Under the pieces are notes generated by a model, which was not told where the DNA came from, did no database searches, and saw only the letters and a list, made by a program, of their open reading frames with translations. From Squalus acanthias (taxonomy: Eukaryota), in contig CM059444.1 of assembly GCA_030390025.1 (NCBI GenBank), positions 51,832,001-51,896,000 on the forward strand: a stretch of 64,000 nt of DNA, given 5' to 3'. Positions 26,783-40,291 of the stretch are shown here, one piece after another. How positions within the stretch are numbered: position 1 is the first letter of the stretch; each line of letters begins with the position of its first letter. The translations under genes were made by a program, and so were the position numbers.

Positions 26783-27079
26783 AGTCAGTCCCTATGAAGG
26801 GTGGGAGTGTGGCCCGTGAACAACAATCACATCATTGCATACGGGTAGGATTTCTGCTCTTCATCGCTATTCAGCAACCCCCCCATTGGAAGTCCCTATA
26901 TGTGGACGTCAGGTGAAGGGTCAGCTGTGATGTCCCCATAGTTGAATAGCCTGTAGACACTCGCTTTTGAGGCTTGCTTAATTGAGCGAGGAACCAAAGA
27001 CTGACCAATGCCTGTGGAACGGTATCCCAGCACGGAGTCAGTGCTTTCATAAAAGTGGGCAGGAAACTTTGGAAGAAAA

Positions 27080-27220
27080 ACAGATAGAATCCATGAGGCT
27101 GCACTGCAGAATGGTAGAGATACTGTGATACTCCATTATCAGCGCTCACAATCTCAGCAAGGCTTTCAAGAGGAGGTGCTGAGCAGCCAACTAGATGTTC
27201 CCCACCTGAAAGCAGGGTGA
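27080..27220 (+). repeat. Old dispersed repeat shared with 33645-33790
   Basis: gaggctgcactgcagaatg...ctcacaatctcagca...cccacctgaa in both places; family not identified. Confidence 0.6.
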
Positions 27221-27459
27221 GTCATTCCTGACTGTCCTCTAGTACTTCCATAATCACGACAGAGAGGATCTTGTGAGCAAGTCAGGGAATAGTGGGCAGT
27301 GTGTTTAAAGCAATACAATAATGAAAGTTGGAGGTGCCTGGGACCTCTAAGCCAGTATCTTTGCCATTTGAACTCTTGCTTGTAGGTGCTAATTACAGGA
27401 TAGAGAAAAATGTTACATCGTTAAGTCTGATGAAGTGCAAGGTGCAGATTTTTTTTTAA

Positions 27460-27885
27460 TGTATTCGTTCATGGGACGTGGGCATCACAGGCAAGGCCAG
27501 CATTTATTGCCCAACCCTAATTGCCCTTGGGAAGGTGGTGGTGAGCCACCTTATACAACTGAGTGACTTGCTAGGCCATTTCAGAGGGGCAGTTAATGAG
27601 TCAATCACATTGCAGTGGGTCTGGAGTCACATATAGGCCAGACCGGGTAAGGGCGGCAGATTTCCTTCCCTAAAGGACATTAGTGAACCAGATGGAGTTT
27701 TATGACAATCCAGTAGTTTCATGGTCACCATTACTGCTACTAGCTTTCTATTCCAGAGTTTTTTTAAAATTTAATTAACTGAATTTAAATTCCGTGGGAT
27801 TTGAACTCATGTTCCAAACCAGATCATTAGTCCAGGCCTCTAGGCTTACTAGTCCAGTAACATAACCACTATGCTACCGTACCCG
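27460..27885 (-). mobile_element. tRNA-headed SINE, near full length
   Basis: A box TAGCATAGTGG, B box GAGTTCAAATCCC and an A-rich tail on the - strand; related copies at 47375-47695 and 58403-58652. Confidence 0.8.
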
Positions 27886-29105
27886 AGATTTTATAATCTA
27901 CAATACAAATGTTGTGATCACATCACTGCCTTCTCTGTTATACTGGTAATTTCACTAAAACTAATGCTGACAAACATTATAAGCTCCTTTGAAAAAGCTT
28001 CTTTAAGGCACTTGAATACAAGGCAATTCCACACAATGAGAATCTGCCACAGCGTGACTGAAATCCAACCATAAAAATCTATCTTGGATCTTCTGCCTAT
28101 TTTGCATACATTTAAAATTATTTACTTAGCTTATGATAAAGCACAAGGAAAATAGCAAATAGGCTTCAGTCACATACCAGTGAACTCATTATCCAGCTGG
28201 TGCCACTTTCAGCTGGAAAAGGATTGATAGAAACATTCCTTCACATTGACCACTAGAGGGAGGTACGAGTAACAACAACAACAACAACTTGTATTTATAT
28301 AGCGCCTTTAACGTAGTAAAACGTCCCAAGGTGCTTCACAGGAGTATTATAAGACAAAAAAATTGGCACCGAGCCACATAAGCAGAAACTAGAGCAGGTG
28401 ACCAAAAGCTTGGTCAAAGAAGTAGGTTTTAAGGAGCATCTTAAAGGAGGAAAGAGAGGTAGAGAGGCGAAGCGGTTTAGGCAGGGAATTCCAGAGCTTA
28501 GGGCCTAGGCAACAGAAGGCACGGCCACCAATGTTTGAGCGATTATAATCAGGGATGCGCAAGAGGGCAGAATTAGAGGAGTGCAGATATCTCGGGGGGG
28601 TTGTGGGGCTGGAGGAGATTACAGAGATAGGAAGGGGCGAGGCCATGGAGGGATTGAAAACAAGGATGCGAATTTTGAAATTGAGGCGTTGCTTAACCGG
28701 GAGCCAATGTAAGTCAGCGAGCACAGGGATGATGGACGAAGTTTTCGATGACCTCAAGTTTACGTAGGGTAGAATATGGGAGGCCAGCCAGGAGCGCATT
28801 GGAATAGTCAAGTCTAGAGGTAACAAAGGCATGGATGAGGGTTTCAGCAGCGGGTGAGTTGAGGCAAGGGTGGATCGGGCAATGTTATGGAGCTGGAAAT
28901 AGGCGGTCTTAGTTATGCAGTGAATATGTGGTCAGAAGCTCATTTCAGGGCCAAATATGACACCAAGGTTGCGAACAGTGTGGTTCAGCCTCAGACAGAT
29001 GTTGGGAGAGGGATGGAGTCAGTGGCTAGGGAACGGAGTTTGTGGTGGGAACAGAAAACAATGGCTTCGATTCTCCCAATATTTAATTGAAGAAAATTTC
29101 TGCTA

Positions 29106-32100
29106 ACATAGAAACATAGAAGATAGGAGCAGGAGTAGGCCATTCGGCCCCTCGAGCCTGCTCCGCCATTCGATGAGATCATGGCTGATCATCCAAACTC
29201 AGTACCCTGTACCTGCCTTCTCCCCATATCCCTTGATACCTTTAGCTTTAAGAAATATATCTAACTCATTCTTGAATATATTTAATGACTTGGCCTCAAC
29301 TACCTTCTGTGGTAGAGAATTCCACAGGTTCACCACTCTCTGGGTGAAGAAATTCTTCCTCATTTCTGTCCTAAATGGCTTACCCCTTAGCCTTAGATTA
29401 TGACCCCTGCTTCTGGACTCTCCGACCATCGGGAACATTCTTCCTGCATCTAGTTTGTCCAGACCTGTCAGAATTTTATATGTTTCGATGAGATCCCCTC
29501 TCATTCTTCTATACTCCAGCGAGTACAAGCCCAATCGACCCAATCTCTCCTCATATGTCATTCCTGCCATCCCAGGTATCAGCCTTGTGAATCTTCGCTG
29601 AACTCCCTCCATGGCAAGAACATCCTTCCTCAGATAAGGTGACCAAAACTGCACACAATACTCAAGGTGTGGTCTCACCAAGGCCCTGTACAACTGCAGC
29701 AGGACATCCCTGTTCCTATACTCAAACCCTTTCGCTATGAAGGCCAACATACCATTTGCCTTCTTCACCGCCTGCTGCACCTGAATGCTTACCTTCAGCA
29801 ACTGGTGCACAAGGACACCCAGGTCTCGTTGCACTTCCCCTTCTCCCAATCTATTGCCATTCAGATAATAGTCTGCCTTTCTGTTTTTGACACCAAAGTG
29901 GATAACCTCGCATTTATCCACGTTATATTGCATCTGCCACGCTTCTGCCCACTCACCCAACCTGTCCAAATCATCTTGGAGTTTCTCGGTATCCTCCTCG
30001 CAGCACACACTCCCACCAAGCTTTGTGTCATCTGCAAACTTGGAGATATTACATTTAGTTCCCTTATCTAGATCATTAATGTATATTGTGAATAGCTGGG
30101 GTCCAAGGACCGATCCCTGCGGTACCCCACTAGTCACTGCTTGCCACTCGGAAAAAGACCCATTAATTCCTACTCTTTGCTTTCTGTCCGCCAACCAGTT
30201 CTCTATCCAAGTCAATACCTTGCCCCCAATCCCATGTGCCTTAACTTTACACGCTAATCTCTTATGCGGGACCTTATCGAAAGCCTTTTGAAAGTCCAAA
30301 TACACCACATCTACTGGTTCTCCCTTATCTATTTTCCCAGTTACATCCTCAAAAAATTCCAGTAGATTAGTCAAGCACGATTTACCTTTTGTAAATCCAT
30401 GTTGACTTTGTCCGATCCTGTCACTGTTTTTCAAGTGCTCAGATATTACATCCTTTATAATGGACTCTAGCATTTTCCCCACTACCAATGTCAGGCTTAC
30501 CGGTCTGTAATTCCCCGCTTTCTCTCTACCACCCTTTTTGAATAGTGGGGTAACATTAGCTACCCTCCAATCCATGGGTACAGTTCCAGATTCAATCGAA
30601 TGTTGGAAGATGATCAGCAATGCATCTACTATTTCTAGGGCCACTTCCTTAAGTACCCTAGGATGTAGATTATCAGGCCCTGGGGATTTATCAGCCTTCA
30701 ATCCCATCAATTTCCCTAACATCATTTCCCTGCAAATACTGATTTCTTTCAGTTCCTCCCTTTCATCAGACCCTATGTTCTCCAACATCTCTGGGAGGTT
30801 ATTTGTGTCCTCCTTTGTGAAGACAGAACCAAAATATGCATTTAATTGGTCTGCCATTTCTTTGTTCCCCATTATAACTTCCCCCGCTTCTGACTGCAAG
30901 GGACCTACACTTGATTTCACTAATCTTTTTCTCTTCACATATCTATAAAAACTCTTACAGTCAGTTTTTATGTTCCCTGCAAGCTTACTTTCATATTCTA
31001 TTTTCCCCTTCTTAATTAATCCCTTTGTCCTCCTTTGTTGAATCCTAAACTGCTCCCAATCCTCAGGGTTACCGCTTTTTCTGGCCAATTTATATGCCCT
31101 CTCCTTGGATCTTATGCTATCCCTAATTTCCCTTGTTAGCCACGGTTGAGTCACCCTTTTTGTTTTATTCTTATGCCACACTGGGATGAACAAATTCTGT
31201 AGTTCATCCATGCAGTCTTTGAATGTTTGCCATTGCCTATCCACCGTCAACCCTTTGAGTGACATTCCCCAATCAATCCTACCCAATTCACGCCTCATAC
31301 CATTGTAGTTTCCTTTATTTAAATTCAGGACCCTAGTCTTTGATTCAACTACTTCACTCTCCATCCTAATGAAAAATTCTATCATATTATGATCACTCTG
31401 ACCCAAGGGGCCTCGTACAACAAGATTGCTAATTAATCCTTTCTTGTTACATAATACCCAGTCTAAGATGGCCTGATCTCTGGTTGGTTCCTCGACATAT
31501 TGTTCCAGGAATTCCTCCTCCACAGTATTTTTACTAATTTGGTTAGCCCAATTATATGTAAATTAAAGTCACCCATGATGACTGCTGTGTCTTACTGCAT
31601 GCTTCTCTAATTTCCCTTTTAATGCCATCCCCAACCTCCGTATTACTGTTTGGAGGTCTATATACCACTCCCACTAACGTTTTCTGCCCCTTGTTATTTC
31701 TCAGTTCTACCCATACAGATTCCGCATCATCAGAGCTAATATCCTTCCTTTCAATTGTGTTAATTCCCTCTTTAACCAGCAATGCTACCCCACCTCCCTT
31801 TCTTTTTTGCCTATCTTTCCTAAATATTGAATACCCCTGGATGTTGAGTTCCCAGCCTTGGCCACCCTGGAGCCATGTTTCTGTAATCCCAATCAAATCG
31901 TATTCATTAACCTCTATTTGCGCAGCTAATTCATCCACCTTGTTCCGAATGCTCCTTGCATTAAGACACAAAGCCTTCAGGCTTGTTTTTTTAACGCTCT
32001 CAGACCTATATGAATTATTATTTACTGTGACCATGTTTGATTTAAACCGTTGAGTTCTTTGCCTTCTACTTTTGTTTTTCTCCTTCCTGTCTTTTGCTTT

Positions 32101-32364
32101 TATCCTTGTTTCCCTTTCCTCTGTCTCCCTGCTCAGGTTCCCAACCCCCTGCCACTTTAGTTTAAACCCTCCCCAACAGCACTAGCAAACACTCCCCCTA
32201 GGACATCGGTCCCGGCCCTGCCCAGGTGCAGACCGTCCCGTTTGTACTGGTCCCACCTCCCTCAGAACCGGTTCCAATGTCCAAGGAATTTGAATCCCTC
32301 CCCCTTGCACCATTCCTCTAGCCACGTATTCATTTGAAATATCCTCCTATTTCTACTCTGACTA
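29106..32364 (-). mobile_element. CR1 LINE, 5' truncated in ORF1
   Basis: (TTTCTATG)n tail; ORF1 esterase end 32160-32364; APE start LCLNARSIRNK...GITETW. Confidence 0.95.
29199..31523 (-). CDS. CR1 ORF2 open segment (endonuclease C-terminus plus RT), 774 aa; upstream APE part 31552-32034 is out of frame
   Basis: [36 protein letters not shown]. Confidence 0.85.
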   Translation of the reverse strand: MEEEFLEQYVEEPTRDQAILDWVLCNKKGLISNLVVRGPLGQSDHNMIEFFIRMESEVVESKTRVLNLNKGNYNGMRRELGRIDWGMSLKGLTVDRQWQTFKDCMDELQNLFIPVWHKNKTKRVTQPWLTREIRDSIRSKERAYKLARKSGNPEDWEQFRIQQRRTKGLIKKGKIEYESKLAGNIKTDCKSFYRYVKRKRLVKSSVGPLQSEAGEVIMGNKEMADQLNAYFGSVFTKEDTNNLPEMLENIGSDEREELKEISICREMMLGKLMGLKADKSPGPDNLHPRVLKEVALEIVDALLIIFQHSIESGTVPMDWRVANVTPLFKKGGREKAGNYRPVSLTLVVGKMLESIIKDVISEHLKNSDRIGQSQHGFTKGKSCLTNLLEFFEDVTGKIDKGEPVDVVYLDFQKAFDKVPHKRLACKVKAHGIGGKVLTWIENWLADRKQRVGINGSFSEWQAVTSGVPQGSVLGPQLFTIYINDLDKGTKCNISKFADDTKLGGSVCCEEDTEKLQDDLDRLGEWAEAWQMQYNVDKCEVIHFGVKNRKADYYLNGNRLGEGEVQRDLGVLVHQLLKVSIQVQQAVKKANGMLAFIAKGFEYRNRDVLLQLYRALVRPHLEYCVQFWSPYLRKDVLAMEGVQRRFTRLIPGMAGMTYEERLGRLGLYSLEYRRMRGDLIETYKILTGLDKLDAGRMFPMVGESRSRGHNLRLRGKPFRTEMRKNFFTQRVVNLWNSLPQKVVEAKSLNIFKNELDIFLKAKGIKGYGEKAGTGY

Positions 32365-33079
32365 GAACTGGATGTCGGACAAGCAGTCTGACAATTTAGA
32401 GACCGTGGAGGGATTGAGAGAAATGGCAGTGTGGTAGAGCTGGGTGTCATCAGCGTACATGTGGAAACTGACGCTGTGTTTTCAGATGATGTTGCCAAGG
32501 GGCAGCATGTAGGTGAGAAATAGGACGGGGCCAAGGATAGATCCTTGGGGGACACCAGAGGTAACGATGTGGGAGTGGGAAGAGAAGCCATTGCAGGTGA
32601 TTCTCTGGCTACGATTAGATAGATAAGAATGGAACCAGGCGAGTGCAGTCCCACCCTGCTGGACGACGGTGGAGAGGCGTTGGAGAAGGATGGAGTGGTC
32701 AACCATGTCAAAGGCTGCAGACAAGTCAAGAAGGATGAGGAGGGATAGTTTACCTTTGTCACAGTCACAAAGGATGTCATTTGTGACTTTGATGAGAGCC
32801 GTTTCGGTACTGTGGCAGGGGTGGAAACCTGATTGGAGGGATTCAAGCATGGAGTTGCGGGAAAGATGGGCATGGATTTGGGAGGCGACAACACGTTCAA
32901 GGACTTTGGAGACCAACAACAACAACAACAACTTGTATTTATATAGCACCTTTAACGTAGTAAAATTTGACACTGTTAGCAGCCCGTCATAGTTGGAGCT
33001 GGCATTATTGGGTGCCAGGCAACTCCTAAGAATGAAGCCTGCCGGCTCTGGGTTATAATATCATGTGACATGGATACCC

Positions 33080-33520
33080 AGAAAGATCCTAAAGGCTCCC
33101 CATTTCTGTATCCAGTTGTTTCTTAAGGAATTCCAGCGTTTTCGCGCCCATTGCTCCAACTGTGTCTATTCCACGTGTTGATCACGTTTTGTATGAAGAA
33201 GAATTTCCTGACATCAGCCCTATATTTACCTTTTACCACTTTGAATCTATGCCCGTTCGTCCTACCCCTGCTATTTAACTTAGAGTAATATTCCGGATTA
33301 ACTTTTTCCTCCTTTAATTATCTTATACACCTTATGTAAGATCTCCTCTCAGATACCTCTTTTCCTAGTTGGAACGTTTCTCCACTCTTTCCTCATAACT
33401 CAGATCGTTGATGCTAGGAATCAGCCTCTTAGCTGTTCCCTGCACTTACTCCAGTATTTGAATATCTCCCTTGTGTCTCGACAACCAGAGATGGACACAA
33501 TACTCAAGGTACAGTTTGTC
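33080..33520 (-). mobile_element. Old CR1 3' fragment
   Basis: Degenerate match to the CR1 ORF2 C-terminus. Confidence 0.55.
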
Positions 33521-34631
33521 CTCTGAATCAATACTGGCCAATTGGGCGAGGTACCAAAGGCTGACCGGTATCTGTGCAACCATAACCTAGCGAGGAGTCA
33601 ATGCTTTCATGGAAGAGGGAAGGTGAGAAACTTGGCAAGAAAAAAAGACATATTCCGTGAGGCTGCACTGCAGAATGATAACTGGTGGTCCACCCCTGTG
33701 ATACTCTACATCAACACTCACAATCTCAGCACGGCTATCATGAGGAGTTGCTGAGCAACGGGCTAGATACTTCCCACCTGAAGGCAGGGTATCCATGCCA
33801 TGTGGTATTTCTGGCTGTGTAGTTCAACATTCTGTTAGCTTTGTTGACTGTTGTTCAGCATAGGTTGGACATTTTGAACATCGAGTCTAAGACTCCTAAG
33901 TGTCTTTCAACTTAATCCTTAGCTATTTCAACACCAATCAAGGAGTATGTGCATTGCTTATTTCTTTTCTTCCCGTGTGCAGTACTTTACATTTGTTTGC
34001 ATTAAATTTCAACCGCCATTTTGCTGTGCACTTTCATATTTTATCCAACTCGTTTTGCAATATTTCAGCTGCCTCCTCCGATTCCACTGCCTCTCCTGGT
34101 GACCATCATGCAAACTGGTCAAATTTGCAGTGTCATCTGGGATTTGGGATTTACTGATCATTTTTTCACAGAAAGGATTCAAAAAGGGCTGGGTTTAAAT
34201 ATTGGATTTTAAAGCAAAATGAATTGACACGACACAAGCTTTAAAAAAAGCAATGAGATGAAAGGTGGTTAAGAAGCTTTTGAGGTAGGCACTGAAGTTG
34301 TTTCTCAAAAGACCGTAAGCAATAAGCAATCCATTGGGCTATTTTGGTAATTGATAAATATCTCACACCCATTGTGTTGGGAAAGCCCTGGTCCCGGGCA
34401 CTCGGCAGGGGTTATCTTGTGTAAACTTCCCCTCTGATTGTGAGCACAGGGACATTAACAGTAAGGACGGATACACATTGACAGGTTTTTAAACAGAAAG
34501 TTCCTAGAGCAAGCTTTTGCCAGACTCAAAAGGTTAGCATATAGCAGGCTAATTAGAAATGGTTTTGTTGAAGCCAAACAAGACGGCCCACGAATGTGGG
34601 GAAGCATGGCGTGTTCATTATTTTTGTATTA

Positions 34632-34712
34632 CAACAACAACAACAACAACTTGCATTTATATAGCTCCTTTAACATAGTAAAACGTCCCAGGGCGCTGCA
34701 CAGGAGCGTTAT
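34632..34712 (-). mobile_element. L2 tail
   Basis: (AAC)n-ttgcatttatatagc; another copy at 52510-52595. Confidence 0.8.
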
Positions 34713-36289
34713 CATTATGCAAAGACACATTGTATTGGTTGAATTTTGTGCATCTGTTCACAACTGTTGCATCATTTGTTCACTTGCTGTTAAAGAAATT
34801 AATCAGTTTAACGATTTGTATCTGACCTCGTTAATCAAGTGTTTTCTTGGTCCAGCTTTGAAAAGGTTGGCGAGGTGCACTGGGGGGGAGCATGTGCAAA
34901 AGATGCAAATATCTAGTTCCGACCTCAAAGGGGTCCTATTGTTATACTCTTTGATTATGCTATTTTATAGTTAGATATTGGGCAATACTGGGACACCCCT
35001 GGCACTGCTATAGGCACAGAAATATCTAAGGCAAGACCATACTTGTAACACCTCCCTTCCTTGTAAGGAATCAATGGCTTGTACTTACCCTCATAAAGCC
35101 AAGATCAAGAACTCGTTATGTGGAGGAATTACAGGCATAAACCCTGTCCCCCGACTGTACTATAAGGAGCATTGGTACAGAAACCTAATTTATAACTGTT
35201 CTGTAACAAAGCATTTCCCTCAAGAAGGCAGAGGATTGGAGTTTCCCACTAGAGGGTGATCTTTTCCAATAGCTCTTCAATGCTGCTTAATCATTGTCTT
35301 TCAATTTTATGTGAAATGCAAAAAGAAAAATGAAAGACAAATCAATAATCAAATGCTATATAAATAGGTCAGTCTCCTCAGATCTGCTGGGTAAAACGAT
35401 AAATTAAATGTCTTTGTAAAAAATAACAACCCCGAAGGTTGGCAAAAAAAAATCTTTACCTTGATAAATATTGTTTTAAAAAAAAGCAAAGGGCATAAAA
35501 TAATCTAACAATCGCCTACGCGTCAACTCAGCTCCCAAAAATGTATAAATAATAAATTCGACCAGAGGGCACTCGTTTACAAGTTTTCCTCAACCCTGTG
35601 CACTTCTCTCTCTCTCTCGATACATATAAAAATGTTTTAGTCCTTCACACTTCAAATATCACACTTTGCACACAAAGAGAAAGATGGGCTTTCAAATCAT
35701 GCTGATTTCTTCTGACCCGCAGCCAAGAATTTTGAAGTCCCTACCAGTCTGCAAACTTTTTGTTCTCGCCAGCAATCTTAATGACATTTGCTGCCATTTT
35801 TCAGCGCCCACCACTTCCACCAGAACTTTCTTACCCGTCCTCAATTTTTCATTGAGAATTTATCGTTTTTTAAATCTTTCACATATACTTGAAGGGCAGT
35901 GGGCAAAAATGTTTTTCTCAATGAGTAATGTCACAGAAGATTAACTAGTTATTTTACAGCACTTGGATATATTGTCACAGACACATGTGAGACTCCAGCT
36001 ACTAGAGAATACTGCTTCAAGTCCTTTATCACCATTGTAATATGTAATTTTCCCAATTATTTCCATTTAGTGTATAAACATTTAGATAATTATGGGTGCT
36101 TTGTAACTATCCAGCTGGATTTTTTTCTTACCAAGATAAAACATGTCAGTGCTGAGGGAATATAATGTTTTCCCACTTTTTGCACTCATGACAACATCAA
36201 GTATTCCCAGGACAGGTACAGCATGAGGTAGTGGAGAAATAATGCTACCTCTCCACTGCTTATCAAGTACTCCATCATCAGGTATTGCA

Positions 36290-37731
36290 AAGACTTGGGG
36301 GGTCCAGGTACATAGATCATTAAAATGTCATGGACAGGTAAAGAAAATAATCAAAAAGCCTAATGGAATGCTGGCCTTTATATCTAGAGGACTAGAATAC
36401 AAGGGGGTAGAAGTTATGCTACAGCTATACAAAGCCCTGGTTAGACCACACCTGGAGTACCGTGAGCAGTTCTGGGCACCACACCTTAGGAAGGATATAT
36501 TGGCCTTGGATGGTTTACCAGAATGATACCCGGACTCTAAGGGTTAAATTACAAGGAGAGATTACACAAATTAGGGTTGTATTCCCTGGAGTTTAAAAGG
36601 TTAAGGGGTGATTTGATCGAAGTTTTCAAGATATTAAGGGGAACTGATAGGGTAAGTAGAGAGAAACTATTTCCGCTGGTTGGGGAGTCTAGGGGCTGGA
36701 TTTTACCAGCCCTGAGGAGGTGGGTCTGGAGGCGGGACTGCTGGGAGAATCCCCAAAAATGGGAGCGGGTCCCAAACCCGCTCCCAACAGGTAGTTAACA
36801 GGCAGTTAAGAGGCTTTTTCCAATTTTTCGACTGCTGCTGCGGGCTTCCCGATGTTGGGGAACCCCGCCAGGGTAAGTGAGGCGTGCTGTGGGTCTGTTG
36901 TTATGTTGGTGTTTGGATGACAGCTGCGGAAGTGGTGTGAAGGATGCAATGGGACACTGGTTAGTATCAGAGGTAAGGAAATGTTGAGAAAGTAAATTTT
37001 AATGTGGTTAGATGTTTCTGCAGGTGACAAGCTGTGAAGTGTTTGTGTAGCCTCATCTCATCGGGAGAAGTGACAGACGGCTTCTGCAATCTCAGCTGCA
37101 GCTGCCATCTGTTTTATTCTAAGGAGAGAGTAATTGGAGAGCCTGGGTGCAAGGGCTCACCTTTGTACAGTGATTGTCAGTGTTTGACAGCACCTCAATG
37201 CTGTCAAACACTGCCAAATCATCTGTCAAACAAGTGTGGTGCATATGCCTTTAAGAAAACTGGCAGATAAAACGTCATCAACTGACGTCATCTGACACCG
37301 GCTTTCCCTTAATTGGCCGGCAAGCCCGCAGGACGGGCTTAACAAGGCCAATATGGACAAAATAGCATCTGTTCGTCGCTGGGAGCATGACTAGAACCCG
37401 GAAGGCAGCTGTCCCGCCCCCAACGCGTCGCAGTGAGTAAAATCCAGCCCTAGGATTAGGGGGCATAGTTTAAAAATTAGAGCCCGACCTTTCAGGAGTG
37501 AAGTTAGGAAACACTTCTACACGCAAAGGGTGGTAGAAGTTTGGAACTCTCTTCCGCAAACGGCAGTTGATGCTAGATCAATTGTTAATTTTAAACCTGA
37601 GAATGATAGATTTTTGTTAAGAGATATGGCCCAAAGGTGGGTATATGGAGTTAGATCACAGATCAGCCATGATCTCATTGAATGGTGGAACAGGCTAAGG
37701 GCCTAAATGGCCTACTCCTGTTCCTATGTTC
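36290..37731 (+). mobile_element. CR1 3' fragment split by a MITE
   Basis: LYKALVRPHLEY, LRGDLIEVFKIL; resumes at 37451. Confidence 0.88.
36693..37450. mobile_element. PIF/Harbinger MITE
   Basis: Perfect 14-bp TIR gggctggattttac / gtaaaatccagccc; 3-bp TSD TAG. Confidence 0.9.
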
Positions 37732-38692
37732 CCAAAAGGCTATACCTGTGATGTAAAGCTTATCAATTCAATGATTCTAGTTAGCAAATATTTTCAGAAT
37801 ATATCAATGTTGTGTAAGGAGTTAAAGAGTGTAATTTAATGGATTGGTTCTGCCCCATTTATAAACCACATGACCTCTGCTGTCATGGCTTTTGACCAAT
37901 CAATGCCCTTCGATTGAATTACAGCCACTGCAGTATCCATTAATGAAGCTTACAGCACAAAGGAGGCTGTTCATCTCATTTAGTCTGTGCTGGCTCTTTG
38001 CTAGTACAATCCAAAACTATTCACACTGCTCTGCTCGGCTCTCTTCCCCATAGTCCTATATCTTCCTCTGCTTCAAATATTTATCCACTTTTCCCTTAAA
38101 AGATGCAATGGCCTCTGCCTCAGTTGCTCTCTGTGCTAAAGTATTCCTTGCCCCAACAACTCCACACAAAGAAAAATTCTTCTAACCTCTCTCTTCATTC
38201 TCTTAGAGAATTGATGACCCCTCCTCACTGACTCTCCAACCACAGAAAATAGCCTTTCCCTAGTCCCTCTATCAAAACGCTTCAGATTTTGAAAAACCTC
38301 TAGCAAATCTGCTTTTAGCGTCAGTATCCGAAATCTCTACTCCTAACTATAGTTTCTCATCCCTGGTACCTGTTGAATCAGTGCTGCGCTCGCTCTTTGG
38401 CTTTAAAGGCCTTCCTATAATCAAATGCCCAAAAATTCTTCGCAGTTCTCCAACTGTTGCCCATCATGGCCATGTACAAATTTAACATTGCCATGAAGCC
38501 AATGAAAAGGAAAATCAGAAATTTCACCCTCAGCGCATCTGAATGGTCAGCCTCCTCCTAAATGGCGTGAGAGTCTGGGCACTGATGTAGATGATCACAA
38601 GGATCCCAAGATGGTTATGGATTTATGAAGGTCATTCGGCACAACTTAACTCATCAATTAAAAAAATACACTGCAGTCCCTCATCACAGCAA

Positions 38693-39316
38693 TAAGAACA
38701 TAAGAACATAAGAAATAGGAGCAGGAGAAGACCAATCGGCCCCTCGAGCCTGCTCCGCCATTCAATGAGATCATGGCTGATCTGATCCAACCTCAACTCT
38801 AAAGAACACAAGAAGCAGGAGCAGGACCAGGCCACTCGGCCCCTGGGCCCGCTCCGCCACCCACAGGGCCTCGACCGATCCGAACTCAAACTCATGTCCA
38901 ATTTCCAGCCCGCTCCCCGTAACCCCTGATTCCCTTTACTTCTAGGAAACGGTCTATTTCTGTTTTAAATTTATTTAATGAAGTAGCTTCCACAGCTTCC
39001 TGGGGTAGCAAATTCCACAGACCCACTACCCTCTGAGTGAAAAAGTTTCTCCTCATCTCAGTTTTGAAAGAGGAGCCCCTTATTCTAAGATTATGTCCCC
39101 TAGTTCTAGTTTCACCCATCATTGGGAACATCCTCACCGCGTCCACCCGATCAAGCCCCTTCACAATCTTATATGTTTCAATAAGATCGCCTCTCATTCT
39201 TCTGAACTCCAATGAGTAGAGTCCCAATCTACTCAACCTCTCCTCGTATGTCCACCCCCTCATCCCCGGAATTAACCGATTGAACCTTCTTTGTACTGCC
39301 TCGAGAGCAAGTATGT
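38693..39316 (-). mobile_element. CR1 3' fragment with a doubled 3' tail
   Basis: ORF 38892-39329 encodes the CR1 C-terminus; two tandem hairpin-tail units. Confidence 0.9.
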
Positions 39317-40014
39317 GGCAAGCAAGCAACTGGCCGTCTCTTAGATAACACCAAGGTTTTTGTCTCCACTACTCCACCCGAAAGTCCATTCCAAGCACCA
39401 TTTCACAGCCTCTTTCTGGACAGTGCTACAGTCCAGGCAGCCAACCCCTCCCAGCTGGGCCACCAGTGCTGTGCTGTGGTGGGCCAGCAGGGGGCATCAT
39501 TAGATTAGAATGAGCGGGATATTGTCAGCTTTCCTTTGCCCTCTAACGTGGGATGTCTTACTTCCCTGCATCACTCCATCCAGTAGTATGACCCTGACTT
39601 TCTCTTTCGTAAAAATAAAGAAAGTTCCCACTTGTGAAAACAAACAAACACAAAACCGGAGTTGTGCCCCTGTTATTAATAAAAGCCAGTGTTCAGAACA
39701 GTGGTAAGAGCTGATTGGAGCTGGTTTCACATCACTGCGGTACCAACAAAAATGAAGAACAGGTGAGAGTTACCACAGACCCATATCTGCAATTTACATT
39801 AATGCCTGCAAGACAGTTGACCAACAGGAGCTGGCCTGCAGACACTGGTTTACCCTGCAGTCTTAAATGAACAGTAAGCTTAGAAGCCAGAAGAACATAG
39901 GTCCCATAGTCAATAACCAAGAATATTTCAGAAATTCCATTTTTTTTTGTTATTATAACTGTGACATTCATTAACTCAGCTCCCTCACAGGGTACAGGTT
40001 GGAAATACAAGGAA

Positions 40015-40291
40015 AATGTGTGGGTTAGGTTGATTTGGCTATGATAAATTGACCCTTAGTGTTAGGGGGGATTAAATATGTGGGGTTATGGGGATAGGAT
40101 GGGATATGTTAGGGGGAATTAAATACGTGGGGTTACGGGGGTAGGGTGGGATATGTGTACTGTGGGGATTAAAGCAGGGACAGGGTACTGGATTTGGATG
40201 ATCAGCCATGATCGTATTGAATGGCGGAGCAGGCTCGACGGGCCGAATGGCCTACTCCTGCTCCTAGATTCTATGTTTCTATGTTTCTATG
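40015..40291 (+). mobile_element. HE1/V-SINE-like 3' part with CR1 tail
   Basis: gtgggttaggttgatttggctatgataaattgaccctt; internal duplication of about 47 bp; CR1 hairpin plus (TTTCTATG)n. Confidence 0.7.

Larger units (their letters stand above)
28271..32912 (-). mobile_element. L2 LINE split by a CR1 (28271-29104 and 32365-32912)
   Basis: (AAC)n tail; PVLADLHWLPVKQR; LLDLSAAFDMVDH...GVPQGSILGP; sequence continues across the CR1. Confidence 0.9.
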
